DNA from: Thermoproteota archaeon
GTDB lineage: Archaea; Korarchaeota; Korarchaeia; Korarchaeales; JAOZGB01
Length of the DNA: 64,000 nucleotides
Reading direction: 5' to 3'
NCBI GenBank assembly: GCA_037917685.1
Contig: JAVCBU010000012.1
Coordinates: forward strand, 1-64,000
Shown: positions 29,493 to 39,435 of the stretch, in pieces
Position numbering within the stretch: position 1 is the first letter of the stretch
Layout: each line of letters begins with the position of its first letter
Position numbers and translations under genes: made by a program
Notes under the pieces: model-generated
Databases searched by the model: none
The model's input: only the letters and a program-made list of their open reading frames with translations
What the model was told of the DNA's origin: nothing

Positions 29493-30407
29493 TCATTTGA
29501 GAAACTTGAGGCATCTTTCAACCTCCGTCTTGCTACCTATTACTATGGGCACTTTCTGGTGGAGCTCTGTAGGTTCTACGTCGAGAATTTCCTGCCGGCC
29601 TGTTGACGCTTTGCCTCCAGCGTTGACGACGATATATGCCATTGGGCTTGCCTCGTACAGCAGTCTTAGTTTTCCTGTCCTCCTTCTCTTGTCTCCGGGG
29701 TATATGAAGATTCCTCCCTCCATGAGCACTTTGTGTATGTCTACAGCCATGGAGCCTGTGTAGCGGAAGTTGTAGAGTTTCTCCGTCTCCCTTCGCTTCT
29801 CCTTTATCCAGTCTATGTACCTTCTATATCCATCTTCAAGCCATACGGCATAGTTTGACTCGTTAGTAGAGTATACCCTGCTCTCATCTGGAATCTTAAT
29901 GTCCCTCATTGTAAGAGTATAGTTCCCTGTTTCCCCGTCTAGGGTAAAACCGTAAACTGCCCCGCCGACCGAAAAGATTAGCTTTATATCGAAGGAGTAT
30001 ATGGCGTATCCAGCTGCCACCTGCATGCGGCCGGGTTTAAAGACTGTTTCCTCATGAATTGAGAAAACAGTGGCCATGGGGCTATCCGTGTATATGTTTC
30101 TTGACCCGTCTAGAGGGTCGTATGCAACTGCGTATCTCCCACGACTATTCTCTAAAGGTTTGGGAAGCTCTTCTGAGACGATCATCCGTAATGCCTTGTT
30201 GCCCCTTAGACCCCTCAGGATAAGGCTGTTAATCATTTCATCTGCAAAGCTGCTGTCCGCCCCCGGGTATTTAAGGTTGAAGATCTTTAACAGCCTGGAT
30301 ATTCTGACTGTTAAGCCTGCAAGGCTCAGGGTTAATTCCACAAGGTCATCTTCAACCTTAAGCTCCGAGAGGAGTTCCTGGAGTGTTGTAAGGCCTTCTT
30401 CATACAT
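29493..30407 (-). CDS. fbp: Class I fructose-1,6-bisphosphatase
   Basis: SEE, DPLDGS.N, RYTGSM..D.H, GGIF.YP, GKLRLLYEA.P, LHQK.P. Confidence 0.88.
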   Translation of the reverse strand: MYEEGLTTLQELLSELKVEDDLVELTLSLAGLTVRISRLLKIFNLKYPGADSSFADEMINSLILRGLRGNKALRMIVSEELPKPLENSRGRYAVAYDPLDGSRNIYTDSPMATVFSIHEETVFKPGRMQVAAGYAIYSFDIKLIFSVGGAVYGFTLDGETGNYTLTMRDIKIPDESRVYSTNESNYAVWLEDGYRRYIDWIKEKRRETEKLYNFRYTGSMAVDIHKVLMEGGIFIYPGDKRRRTGKLRLLYEASPMAYIVVNAGGKASTGRQEILDVEPTELHQKVPIVIGSKTEVERCLKFLK

Positions 30408-30519
30408 GATAGGTCAAGTAGAAAACCAACTACTTAAATATTAATTATGGTATAGTTACATCCTCTCTGCTTTAGCGGAATAATAATTAATTTGGGAGAT
30501 GTACATAGAGGGGTGGGAT

Positions 30520-30860
30520 TTGAAAGTTGAAATTGTAGATGCGGTGGAAGCAAGGAATGAGAGGCTTCTTTATAAGTGTATCTCTCCCATGCCATTTAGG
30601 AGATGGAGCCAGAGGAAGAGCTATCTTGAACAAGCCATCCCTGGGGGTTAAGGAAGAAGATTCTTCTGGTTGACGGTGAAGCTGTGGGGCAGGTGGAGTA
30701 CGCCCCGGCAGAGTTCTCGGCTTATCCGATACGTGGTGAGAATCTAATAGTGATGAACTGTATCTGGGTTCTAAGGAGAGCTGGAGGACAGGGGTTCGGA
30801 AGACTCCTCGTACAGCAAATGGTTGAATCGGAGCCTTAGGCCCTATCGTTCGCCACATTG
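30520..30860 (+). pseudogene. GNAT (YoaP-like) acetyltransferase remnant
   Basis: MKVEIVD...MPFRRW...YLEQAIP / LRKKIL...GQVEYAP...MNCIWVL...GQGFG; frameshift near G5 at 30643, TAG at 30837, C-terminus missing. Confidence 0.7.
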
Positions 30861-31046
30861 TATGCTATGTTACAGTATGCGTGTTGTATAGCTGTTGTTT
30901 TAAATGTGTTATAGGTTTCTGGGTCTTTGTAAGTTGTAGGGGCTAGTGTTTTGGCGGTGTCCTTTATCATTATTTTGTTTGGGTTGTGCTTTTGTTGGTG
31001 GGAGATAATATATATGGGGCTGGGCTAGATATAGGTTGGGAGGGGT

Positions 31047-32189
31047 TTGTTCCTTTTCGGTGTTTCTAGGCCTGTGAAGTCGAGGTGTAGGGTTTGTGGT
31101 GTCGAAAGCGTTCTTGTTTCGTCAGCTATTGGTGTTTGCGCTGACTGTCTTAGGCGTGGTGATGATGGGGTCTTAGAGTATGCTCTTGAAGCTCATGCGA
31201 GTGCCAGGGGGAAATATGGTCTTCCTTCTACACCTCCGAGAAGCCCTGGCGGACTGCCGTGTAAACTGTGTTCTAACGAGTGTGTGATCGGGGAGGGGGA
31301 GGTCGGCTACTGTGGGCTTAGGAGGAATGTAGATGGGAGGCTTGTCTCCCTATCCTCTCAGAGCCATGGGCTTCTCCACTATTATAATGATCCCCACCCG
31401 ACAAACTGCTGTTCAGCCTGGTTCTGTCCTGCCACTACAGGCGCCGGCTACCCGAGATACGCCGTATACAAGGGTCTGGAGCGTGGTTATGATAATCTTG
31501 CAGTGTTCTTCTACGGCTGCAACTTCAACTGCCTGTTTTGCCAGAATGCAAGCCACAAGAACCTTGAGGAGGGCTGGAGGCTTGGTGTAGACGAGTTCGC
31601 CTCCAGGGTTGAAAATGACCGTAGAATCACATGCATATGCTATTTCGGGGGGAGCCCGGAACCCCAGCTTCCATTCGCCATTGAGGCTTCAAGACAGGCT
31701 TTGGAAAGGTGTAGAAACCGTGTTCTGAGGATATGCTGGGAGTGGAACGGGTGCGGAAACCCGGAACTCGTCAGGAGAGCCGCTGAGCTTTCCTACCGGA
31801 CAGGGGGAAACGTGAAGTTTGACCTGAAAGCATATACTCCCAGCATCGCCGTTGCACTAAGCGGCGTGCCAAACAGAAGGGCCTACGAGAACTTTGAGCT
31901 TGTATATAGAGAGTTCTACGAGGAACGCAAGAATATCCCTGTGCTTACAGCAACCACGCTTCTCGTCCCAGGCTACGTGGACGCCACGGAGGTTGAGAAT
32001 ATAGCAAGGTTTATCGCCGACCTGAATCCCAATATCCCATATAGCCTCCTAGCCTTCCACCCAGACTGGCTTATGATGGACATGCCCATAACCCCAAGAA
32101 AACAGGCTATGGAATGCTACGAAGCCGCGAAAAAACACCTTAAAAACGTAAATATAGGGAACAAGCACCTCCTATCAATTGCACCATAG
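31047..32189 (+). CDS. Radical SAM protein, PflA/AmmeMemoRadiSam-like, with N-terminal Cys motifs
   Basis: GCNFNCLFCQN; C.LC.N.C.I..G..G.CG.R.N; FDLKA; TLLVPGYVD; LAFHP. Confidence 0.88.
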   Translation: MFLFGVSRPVKSRCRVCGVESVLVSSAIGVCADCLRRGDDGVLEYALEAHASARGKYGLPSTPPRSPGGLPCKLCSNECVIGEGEVGYCGLRRNVDGRLVSLSSQSHGLLHYYNDPHPTNCCSAWFCPATTGAGYPRYAVYKGLERGYDNLAVFFYGCNFNCLFCQNASHKNLEEGWRLGVDEFASRVENDRRITCICYFGGSPEPQLPFAIEASRQALERCRNRVLRICWEWNGCGNPELVRRAAELSYRTGGNVKFDLKAYTPSIAVALSGVPNRRAYENFELVYREFYEERKNIPVLTATTLLVPGYVDATEVENIARFIADLNPNIPYSLLAFHPDWLMMDMPITPRKQAMECYEAAKKHLKNVNIGNKHLLSIAP

Positions 32190-32252
32190 CTCAGACGGTT
32201 GATTCCTCATCATCCCCTCCTTGACGGGTTAGAGATGCCTCCCTCATCATCA
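32189..32252 (-). ncRNA. Box C/D methylation guide sRNA
   Basis: Minus strand: C ATGATGA (32250-32244), guide GGGAGGCATCT, D' CTAA, short CCC/GGG stem, C' ATGATGA, guide GGAATCAACCGT, D CTGA (32194-32191). TTTATATT box ~25 nt upstream. Confidence 0.85.
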
Positions 32253-32288
32253 AGGCACCATATCCCCCGGGGCAAATATAAATTGGAC

Positions 32289-32353
32289 GGTCAGACGTTG
32301 AGAGGTGGATCCTCCTCCCGCAGAGGGATCGGGAACCCACCGCCTCATCATCC
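32289..32353 (-). ncRNA. Box C/D methylation guide sRNA
   Basis: Minus strand: C ATGATGA (32351-32345), guide GGCGGTGGGTTC, D' CCGA, hairpin TCCC/GGGA, C' GGAGGA, guide TCCACCTCTCAACGT, D CTGA (32294-32291). Confidence 0.8.
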
Positions 32354-32402
32354 CATGAAATATAATGCCTAAAGCCTTATTCAGGTTTGGCATATATGCC
32401 AG

Positions 32403-33197
32403 CTACATCCATATTAGCCTATATTCCGGCTTTCCAACACCGTATTCTACGCTGAGCTCTACATGCTCCACGTTTCCCCTGGCTCTTCTTATTCTTCCGT
32501 TGAGTTTTGCTAGGATGTCTATGGCCGCCTTATCCACAGCTACCGGGTCTGTTCCGGCGAGCATGTACCCTGCTTTCACGGGTTTACCACCGTGTCTTCT
32601 TTCCTGAGCTTCTAGCAGTGTTTCCACCATGTCCATTATTATTAGTTGGGGCCTGAGCAAAGTGTTCAGTTCTGCTATGCCCCTATGAATGTCTTTGATG
32701 CCTGAGTGCATAAGTATTCTATCGAGTCTCGAGAGTAGACCGAACTGGTTCTTCAGGGAGCCGGTAAAGGTGCAGACGAAATGTTCCTTCCCAACTGGAA
32801 GGCTTATAGTAATGTCGCAGCCCAGTGGTAATGTGGATGCTTTAAACTTGTACCCTCTGCATGTTCTGAACTTCCTCATTTCGTGATTATATATGTTTAG
32901 CATTTCATATCCGCATTCTCTACAGACCTGTGTAAGCGGGTGTTTTTCTAAGACTCTATGAGAGGATACTATGTCTACGGCGGGTCCGTCGCCAACCAGC
33001 AGTTCAAGGCTGCTAAGACTCTCTAAGACCGCGCGCAACGTTTGGGGATGCGTGGTTGTGGGGTAGTGCTCGTGGGATACTATGTTAGGCTTGATGAACA
33101 CCCTCTCTACCCCGTTGAAAAGATTGCTAAAGTATTTTAGGGCTTTAGATGTGAAGGAAGCCCTATCTGTAGTTCTGCATATTAAAACCTCAGACAT
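32403..33197 (-). CDS. DUF362 family protein
   Basis: VFIKPNIV, TTHP, K.H....FTG.LKN.FG, DPVAVD. Confidence 0.88.
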   Translation of the reverse strand: MSEVLICRTTDRASFTSKALKYFSNLFNGVERVFIKPNIVSHEHYPTTTHPQTLRAVLESLSSLELLVGDGPAVDIVSSHRVLEKHPLTQVCRECGYEMLNIYNHEMRKFRTCRGYKFKASTLPLGCDITISLPVGKEHFVCTFTGSLKNQFGLLSRLDRILMHSGIKDIHRGIAELNTLLRPQLIIMDMVETLLEAQERRHGGKPVKAGYMLAGTDPVAVDKAAIDILAKLNGRIRRARGNVEHVELSVEYGVGKPEYRLIWM

Positions 33198-33369
33198 GTA
33201 ACCCCTCTATAAGGATGTGTTAAAACTGCCAACATGTTTCTGTCATAATTCTCAGTTAGACTTGCTATTATAAAATACCAATTCCAGGTGATAAACCAGA
33301 TTTAGAGGATCTATGTGAACAGTATGCAATTACATACAATTGTATTTATCGGTCACATCCATGGTTAAA

Positions 33370-33712
33370 TCATAATTTTCTTCTAAGTCTGTTCAAGGCT
33401 TCTTCGTATCTTTCATCCTTTTAGACCATTCTACCAACTTTTTACATGGAAATGTCTCACATTGATAGCAGTATTCTAATCCTTTAGTGTCCACACAACA
33501 TTTAAGGATCCAGCATTCTGGAGACCAATGTTCAGTCCTACTTCCTTTGCAGCCTGAGCACCTAACATCATCCACTCTTATTTCTATGTTCCTCTCTCTT
33601 CTGAACCACTCTACTATTGCTGGGCGACTTCAGAGTTATTTGAGGCTTGGAAAATTTTGCATTCATCACATATTATCACACAAGCTCCTATCATATGGTA
33701 GTTTTCGGTCAA
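33370..33712 (-). pseudogene. DUF3795 Cys-rich protein with two frameshifts
   Basis: MTENYHMIGACVIICDEC... / C.GCKG....HWSPEC.I.KCC...KGLEYCYQCETFPC / RYEEALNRL; the three segments are not in one continuous frame. Confidence 0.7.
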
Positions 33713-33751
33713 GTTTCACCAGTTGCATACAGCTTTGGGAATATATAATGG

Positions 33752-34255
33752 TTAACCGGTTTCATGCCTTATTGGTTTAGCAGATGCATAAATTTTACCG
33801 GTTATGTGTAGTAGGGGCTGAAATCCTTCCTTTTCTACGTGTTCCGCCTCCACCTTCCCCACTACTAAGTAGTGGTCTCCATACTCGTTCATACCGGCTA
33901 CTTTACATTCTAGTTGGACTGGGCACCCCTTTATTCTTGGCGGTTTTACCTTGCTACTTGGAACTGTTTCTAGGCCTGCGAGAGCAATCTTATCTACATC
34001 TCTGCCAGAGTGGGTCCCGCATATCTCAGCTTTCTCCATCCAGCCCTTTTCGAGTATATTGAGTGTAAACTCCTGCGTCTCCTTGAGGTTTTGGAAGGTG
34101 TACCTTTTAGGGGAAACAGAGACTGCCACATACTTTGGATTGAAGCTCACAGGCATTATAAAGCTGAAGGTTGCAACGTTAGGCTTTCCCTCCCTGTTAA
34201 CTGTCACTATTAGAGCTACAGGCCTCGGGAATATCTGTCTACTTATCCTTACCAC
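33752..34255 (-). CDS. Flavin reductase-like FMN-binding protein
   Basis: PRPV..I.T....G.PN, EFTLN, G..SGR..DK, LECKV, GDH. Confidence 0.92.
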   Translation of the reverse strand: MVRISRQIFPRPVALIVTVNREGKPNVATFSFIMPVSFNPKYVAVSVSPKRYTFQNLKETQEFTLNILEKGWMEKAEICGTHSGRDVDKIALAGLETVPSSKVKPPRIKGCPVQLECKVAGMNEYGDHYLVVGKVEAEHVEKEGFQPLLHITGKIYASAKPIRHETG

Positions 34256-35031
34256 ACACCCTTCACCAATCTCCGGCCTCTTCTAGCAATATATAGGAGT
34301 GCGAATATTATCATTGCTATACCTGCAGGTATATATTCTGGGCGGCCTCCAAGTAGGGCTGCAGCTGTCATGGCGAACCACAGCTGGAGGTAGATCAGTA
34401 GGGGGACGTCTGTCTGCCTCCATCCACCATGATATATCGTTCTAAATGTGAATGTGATGATCCATACCACTAGTGTCCATCCTATAAAGTTTGTTAAGGG
34501 GACGCCATAGAATTCTCCACCGCCCTCCCACGTCCAGGAGTGCATTATGTTAACCTGTACTGGGTCCATTATAAGATCCCATGACGTTGCACACAGCCCA
34601 TCTAGAAGTGAAGCTGCAGCTCTCCCCGCAGCTTTGCTCTTAGGCTTTAATATGACATTGGTAATCGACAGGGAAGAATAGGATATTACAAACCAGAATA
34701 GTGGAATATTTAGGGGTACCAGGCCTAGAATTATAGGCCTCGCTTTTCCGGAGTAACTGTATTTTCCGAAGGGGAATCCATATATGACTCCTAGGAGCTC
34801 CATTAGAAGCCCTATTCCCGCTGAAAGTGTAAATAGTAGGGTGGTTCCACTGAGGCCTATGGAGTCAGCTGAGCTTAAGATGGTAGCTACGAAAATGGAT
34901 AAGGTTATCAGGAACATGAACGCAGGCGGGACCGGTAGGTTGGAAATGGAGGACACGACACGCGCCAGGGTTAGGAGGAAACTAAAAGCTAGAAGGGCTA
35001 GAGACAGTTTTCCTGCAATTCTAGCCGTCAT
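34249..35031 (-). CDS. CruF-like carotenoid 1,2-hydratase family membrane protein (DUF422)
   Basis: E..GV..G.PFG.Y.Y, VP..IP..W, WDL.MDP, W.W..GG..YGVP..NF.GW. Confidence 0.85.
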   Translation of the reverse strand: MTARIAGKLSLALLAFSFLLTLARVVSSISNLPVPPAFMFLITLSIFVATILSSADSIGLSGTTLLFTLSAGIGLLMELLGVIYGFPFGKYSYSGKARPIILGLVPLNIPLFWFVISYSSLSITNVILKPKSKAAGRAAASLLDGLCATSWDLIMDPVQVNIMHSWTWEGGGEFYGVPLTNFIGWTLVVWIITFTFRTIYHGGWRQTDVPLLIYLQLWFAMTAAALLGGRPEYIPAGIAMIIFALLYIARRGRRLVKGVW

Positions 35032-35130
35032 AGCAGGTAATTAGTGTGGTGATATAATAAAAATGGATGTTTCCAGATATGTGTGAGAGAAGAGATCTGG
35101 CTGGATGGGCTCTTACGGCTTAGAAATGTG

Positions 35131-35565
35131 TTATATATCAAACAGCACTCTCAGTTTTACTCCTTGGGGTGTTTGTTCGATCTTCATCAGGCCGTATGTT
35201 GCTGCTTTTACCTCTATTTTGAGCTGGTGCTTTTCCGGGTCTATGGTTTCTCCCTCAGCGTAGCCCTCGAGCTTGTATCTTCCATCTGTCTTCTCTATTT
35301 TCTCCACCTTGAAGTTTGATAGTAGTAGTCCCTCTGCATCCACATGGTACAGAAGTTCATTAAGCCAGTCTACCAGTAGGGTTTCGATGCTTACAGCTTC
35401 GACGCTAACATCTATTCTTCTCTTAGACTCCACAGTTTTTATGTCAACCATAGACTCAAACATGGCCTTTGCGGCTTCCTCGAAGGCTTCCTCCAGGTTT
35501 TCTCCCCAAGCCTCAACATAGATGTCGGCCACATGCTCCAGAAACTTATGGCCTCTCCTGTTCAT
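35131..35565 (-). CDS. Archease
   Basis: FLEH.AD, LVDWLNEL, EVKAATY, FDI C-terminus; directly downstream of rtcB. Confidence 0.95.
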   Translation of the reverse strand: MNRRGHKFLEHVADIYVEAWGENLEEAFEEAAKAMFESMVDIKTVESKRRIDVSVEAVSIETLLVDWLNELLYHVDAEGLLLSNFKVEKIEKTDGRYKLEGYAEGETIDPEKHQLKIEVKAATYGLMKIEQTPQGVKLRVLFDI

Positions 35566-35566
35566 C

Positions 35567-36997
35567 CTACCCTTTCACCACACCTATAGGAACCAGTCTT
35601 GCAACCTTATATGCCAACCCAACCTTATGAGATACATCTGCAACACGATCTATGTCTTTATAGGCTTCTGGAGCTTCCTCTGCTACTACACGCCAGCTTG
35701 CAGCCCTGATGAGTATTCCCCTCGCCTTAAGTTTCTCTGCTACAGTTGCCCCTCTGAAGGATCTTACCGCTCTTGCTCTTGACAGCATCCTGCCTGCACC
35801 ATGAGCAGTGCTGGAGAAGGCCAGCTCCTCGCTTTTCTCGGTACCTACCAGGACGTAGCTTGCAGTCCCCATGCTACCCGGTATGATGACGGGTTGTCCC
35901 ACGTCCCTATATGCGCTTGGAAGCTCAGGCCTTCCTCTAGGGAATGCCCTTGTAGCTCCTTTTCTATGGACTACGAGCTTCATCCTGGTGCCGTCAACCA
36001 TGTGGTCCTCTATCTTAGCTACGTTATGGCAGACATCGTAGACGAGTTGAAGCTCATCCTCCACAACACCGAGAACGTCTTTAAAAGCCTGCCTTGTCCA
36101 GTGCATTATCATATGTCTGTTTGTGAAGGCGAAGTTTACAGCGCAGACCATGGCTGAAAAGTATTTCTCAGCCTCTCTGCTCCCCCATGGTGCGCAGGCA
36201 AGCTCCCTGTCTGGAACCCTTATATTGTATTTTCTTGCGGCCATTTCCATTACACGCAGGTAGTCGGAGCATACCTGGTGTCCAAAACCTCTTGATCCTG
36301 TGTGTATCATGACCGTGACTCCGCCTTCTCCTGGCAGGCCGAAAGCCTTTGCTATTGCAGGATTATAGATTTTATCTACAACTTGGATTTCAAGAAAGTG
36401 GTTGCCAGCTCCCAGGCTTCCAAGCTGGCCTGCACCCCTCTGCTTAGCCCTATGTGATATATTCTCAGGATTAGCCCCTGGCATGCTCCCCCCTTCCTCT
36501 ATCCTTTCAGCATCCTTCTCGAAGCCGTATCCCTGTCTTATGGCCCATTTGACCCCTTCAACCATAACATCGTCGAGCTCACCATGTGAAATCCTTACCT
36601 TACCGCCTCTACCAACCCCTGAAGGCACAAGGGTAAATATTCTATCAAGCAGTTGCTTAAGCTTAGTCCTAACCTCCTCGGCCGTAAGGGGCGTAGATAG
36701 GAGTCTAACGCCGCAATTGATGTCATATCCTATCCCGCCGGGGGAGATAACCCCACCGTCAACAGTAAACCCGGCTACCCCTCCTATTGGAAAGCCGTAT
36801 CCTTCATGTGCGTCTGGAAGGGCTATTGAGAACTTTTGAATTCCTGGGAGATGGGCAACATTAGAAGTTTGAAGCAAGGTCCTATCAGTCTTCATTTTAT
36901 CAAGTAAAATCTTGTCCGCGTAGATCCTGGCTGGAACACGCATTTTATCACGTTTGGGTATTTCCCAAATGTAATTGTCAACCTGTACTATCTGCAT
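35567..36997 (-). CDS. rtcB: RNA-splicing ligase RtcB
   Basis: PDAHEGYGFPIGG, DINCGVR, GAGNHFLE, HTGSRG.GH, HRKGAT, PGSMG, HGAGR, EEAP.AYK. Confidence 0.98.
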   Translation of the reverse strand: MQIVQVDNYIWEIPKRDKMRVPARIYADKILLDKMKTDRTLLQTSNVAHLPGIQKFSIALPDAHEGYGFPIGGVAGFTVDGGVISPGGIGYDINCGVRLLSTPLTAEEVRTKLKQLLDRIFTLVPSGVGRGGKVRISHGELDDVMVEGVKWAIRQGYGFEKDAERIEEGGSMPGANPENISHRAKQRGAGQLGSLGAGNHFLEIQVVDKIYNPAIAKAFGLPGEGGVTVMIHTGSRGFGHQVCSDYLRVMEMAARKYNIRVPDRELACAPWGSREAEKYFSAMVCAVNFAFTNRHMIMHWTRQAFKDVLGVVEDELQLVYDVCHNVAKIEDHMVDGTRMKLVVHRKGATRAFPRGRPELPSAYRDVGQPVIIPGSMGTASYVLVGTEKSEELAFSSTAHGAGRMLSRARAVRSFRGATVAEKLKARGILIRAASWRVVAEEAPEAYKDIDRVADVSHKVGLAYKVARLVPIGVVKG

Positions 36998-37077
36998 ACG
37001 CTAGTATATAGGTAACGGTTTGTTTTAAAATTGAACAGGCTTAGTTGCCTTTTAATTTAAACATCTTATTACATCTC

Positions 37078-38541
37078 ATGATGAAAAGGGCGACAACACC
37101 GGTGATGGTTCTGCTCCTTCTAGCAGTCGAAGTGCTCCCATCTACCTTGACGGCTCGCCAGGGGCAAGTGGTTAAAATCGATAGAATAGTGGTTTTGTGC
37201 AATGACTATGATTACTCGCTCTGTTGGCCGCATCTCTACTGGGAAGGAGAAGTCTACAACTATGCTATAAAGGACGTAACTCCAGCGTATTTTGACCAGT
37301 TTAAGGAGAGCAAGTTTATACTAATCCTTGGAGGACCGCTTGCCTACGGTGGAGTAGGAGAGATAGTTTCGAGCTTGCTTTCCGAAGACGAAGTACAGCG
37401 GCTCATGTCTGACAGGGATTCCAGGATAATAGTGGTTAAAAGAGATGTCTGGACAGAAAACCAAACTGTAATTATAGCAGCCGGATACGACAGGTATGAT
37501 ACAGAGTTAACGGTTAAAGATCTAAACGGGAATGGGATAGCTGACGCGCTTGAACCTATAGTGGACCAGGATGGTGACGGAGTTTCCCTTAACATCGACC
37601 CAAATCCGGATGTTAGAGACCTAGTCGACGACCGGTATGGAGTTTACATAAGGGAATTCGTGGAGTACAGTCTTAGATACTGGTCTAGAGATGAATTTCA
37701 AGCCATGCTAAACTGGCTTCTCTCGTGGGATGGAAAATACGAGATACTTGACAGGATGGAAGATCAGGACATACCTGGAGCCGCACTATACATTTTAAGC
37801 ATGATCAGGCTTGAGTGTCCGGAGTATTTTAATGAGTACTACAAGCTTGCCATCGCAACATCCCTAACGTGGGACAACCCGTTATATACCCAGGAGAAAA
37901 CTACAATTAACGATGTTGTAGGAATATTTGGGGTGATAGCAGGCTTTAACGATGATGGCGAAACCTATTATGACCTTAGAAACATGGAAGTAGAGCTGTT
38001 AACAGAAGTTGTAGGGATCTACTTTCTGGACCCAGGAATTTACCTGGTTGATGGGGGGGTAGGCGGTTTCGGACCTAAGCCCGAGGAATTAGTGTATTTA
38101 CACGGAAAATACTACACGCCAGTACATGACACATTTATGACCCTTACAATTGCTTACATGTCGGTGCCCTACACTCTTAAAAGAAGAACTGTTCGCTCTA
38201 ACATGACTATAAGGGATATTGAGACAAAGGGTGGAGCGTGTGTAGTTCAGGCTTACTATGCGAGGTGTGTAGCTGCTGCGCTTGGAATACCAACCCGGTA
38301 TGTGGCCGGGTTCTGGAGGTCGACGTATGATGAGGAGGATGTTGGACATGCCTTTCTAGCCTATTTTGAAGATGGAAAATGGATGTATGGGATAGCGTCC
38401 ATAGCCTTTGACGAGCCTGTGGAGGAGGAGATGTTAACACCGGAGTTTTTGTCGTCTAGGGGATTTATAAAGATGGAGCTTATGAGGCTGGACAGCCAAG
38501 CCTATAGATACGTAACCATAATAAACTGGGAAGAGGAGTAA
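37078..38541 (+). CDS. Secreted protein: S-layer-like N-terminal domain, DxDxDG Ca-binding repeats, transglutaminase-like C-terminal domain
   Basis: Signal peptide; ILILGGP.A; DLNGNG and DQDGDG; GGACVVQA...ALGIP.R...GHA. Confidence 0.7.
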   Translation: MMKRATTPVMVLLLLAVEVLPSTLTARQGQVVKIDRIVVLCNDYDYSLCWPHLYWEGEVYNYAIKDVTPAYFDQFKESKFILILGGPLAYGGVGEIVSSLLSEDEVQRLMSDRDSRIIVVKRDVWTENQTVIIAAGYDRYDTELTVKDLNGNGIADALEPIVDQDGDGVSLNIDPNPDVRDLVDDRYGVYIREFVEYSLRYWSRDEFQAMLNWLLSWDGKYEILDRMEDQDIPGAALYILSMIRLECPEYFNEYYKLAIATSLTWDNPLYTQEKTTINDVVGIFGVIAGFNDDGETYYDLRNMEVELLTEVVGIYFLDPGIYLVDGGVGGFGPKPEELVYLHGKYYTPVHDTFMTLTIAYMSVPYTLKRRTVRSNMTIRDIETKGGACVVQAYYARCVAAALGIPTRYVAGFWRSTYDEEDVGHAFLAYFEDGKWMYGIASIAFDEPVEEEMLTPEFLSSRGFIKMELMRLDSQAYRYVTIINWEEE

Positions 38542-38545
38542 CGCT

Positions 38546-39148
38546 TCATTGCTTTTTCCAACGATAGAAAAGAAATATTAGTAGAACTATTAAAATCACT
38601 ATACCCACTTTGTGAACCCATTTCTGAACCCAAACCCAGTTTTCTCCGAGGATTAAGCCAAGGTATGACAGGAAGTAGCACCATATCGCTGAGCCTATGA
38701 AGCTATAGGTGAAGAAGGATGTAAAGTTTACCCTTGCTATTCCGGCCGGTAGGGATATAACAGTCCTAATGGCTGGTAGAAGACGGCTTATGAACAGGGT
38801 CTTTGAGCCATGACGCCTAAGCCATTTGAAAGCTTCTTCTATGTGGCGCCGGCTTACAAGCCTATATTGTACTAGCATGTCTACAGCCTTCTCTCCGTAC
38901 TTATATCCTAGAATGTAGGAAAGCAGAGAGCCAGCCTGACAGCCGAGAGTTCCAGCTATTGCTACGAGGTGGATTTGCATTTCACCTTTGAGGGTGAGGT
39001 ACCCGGCAAAGGGCATCACAATCTCGCTGGGGACAGGCATGCATGCGCTTTCAAGCGTCATGAGCAGGAATACACCTGGATATCCTCCTGCTTCTATCAG
39101 GTTTAGAATTGCATCTATTACCTGTCTGACTATTTCCGGGTATAACAT
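38546..39148 (-). CDS. DedA family membrane protein
   Basis: LES...PVPSE..MP.AG, SRLLP.IR..IS.PAG. Confidence 0.95.
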   Translation of the reverse strand: MLYPEIVRQVIDAILNLIEAGGYPGVFLLMTLESACMPVPSEIVMPFAGYLTLKGEMQIHLVAIAGTLGCQAGSLLSYILGYKYGEKAVDMLVQYRLVSRRHIEEAFKWLRRHGSKTLFISRLLPAIRTVISLPAGIARVNFTSFFTYSFIGSAIWCYFLSYLGLILGENWVWVQKWVHKVGIVILIVLLIFLFYRWKKQ

Positions 39149-39171
39149 CCTCCACTGTTAGAATTGGGACA

Positions 39172-39435
39172 GTGGAGGATTTTAAGATTATGCTGGCCCA
39201 CAGCCTAGAGATAGTAACAAAAGTCAAGGGTAACGTTGACATTCTGCTAACAGGCCACACGCATGGCGGCCAGGTCTGTCTTCCCCTCATAGGGCTGGTC
39301 TACGTGCCTTCAAGGCTTGGAAAGAAATATGTATCAGGCCTCTACAATGCTGGTGGAATAATAGTTTATGTTAACAGGGGTCTAGGTGGAGTTTCATGCC
39401 GGTCAGGGTTAACTGCAGGCCTGAAGTCACGGTGA
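39172..39435 (+). pseudogene. C-terminal fragment of a YkuE-like metallophosphoesterase
   Basis: LAH, GHTHGGQV.LP and YVNRGLG are present but the N-terminal metal-binding motifs are absent. Confidence 0.75.

Noticed and set aside
30860-31046. Strongly G/T-skewed low-complexity tract
   Set aside because: No periodicity or pairing; it looks like compositional drift in an intergenic region.
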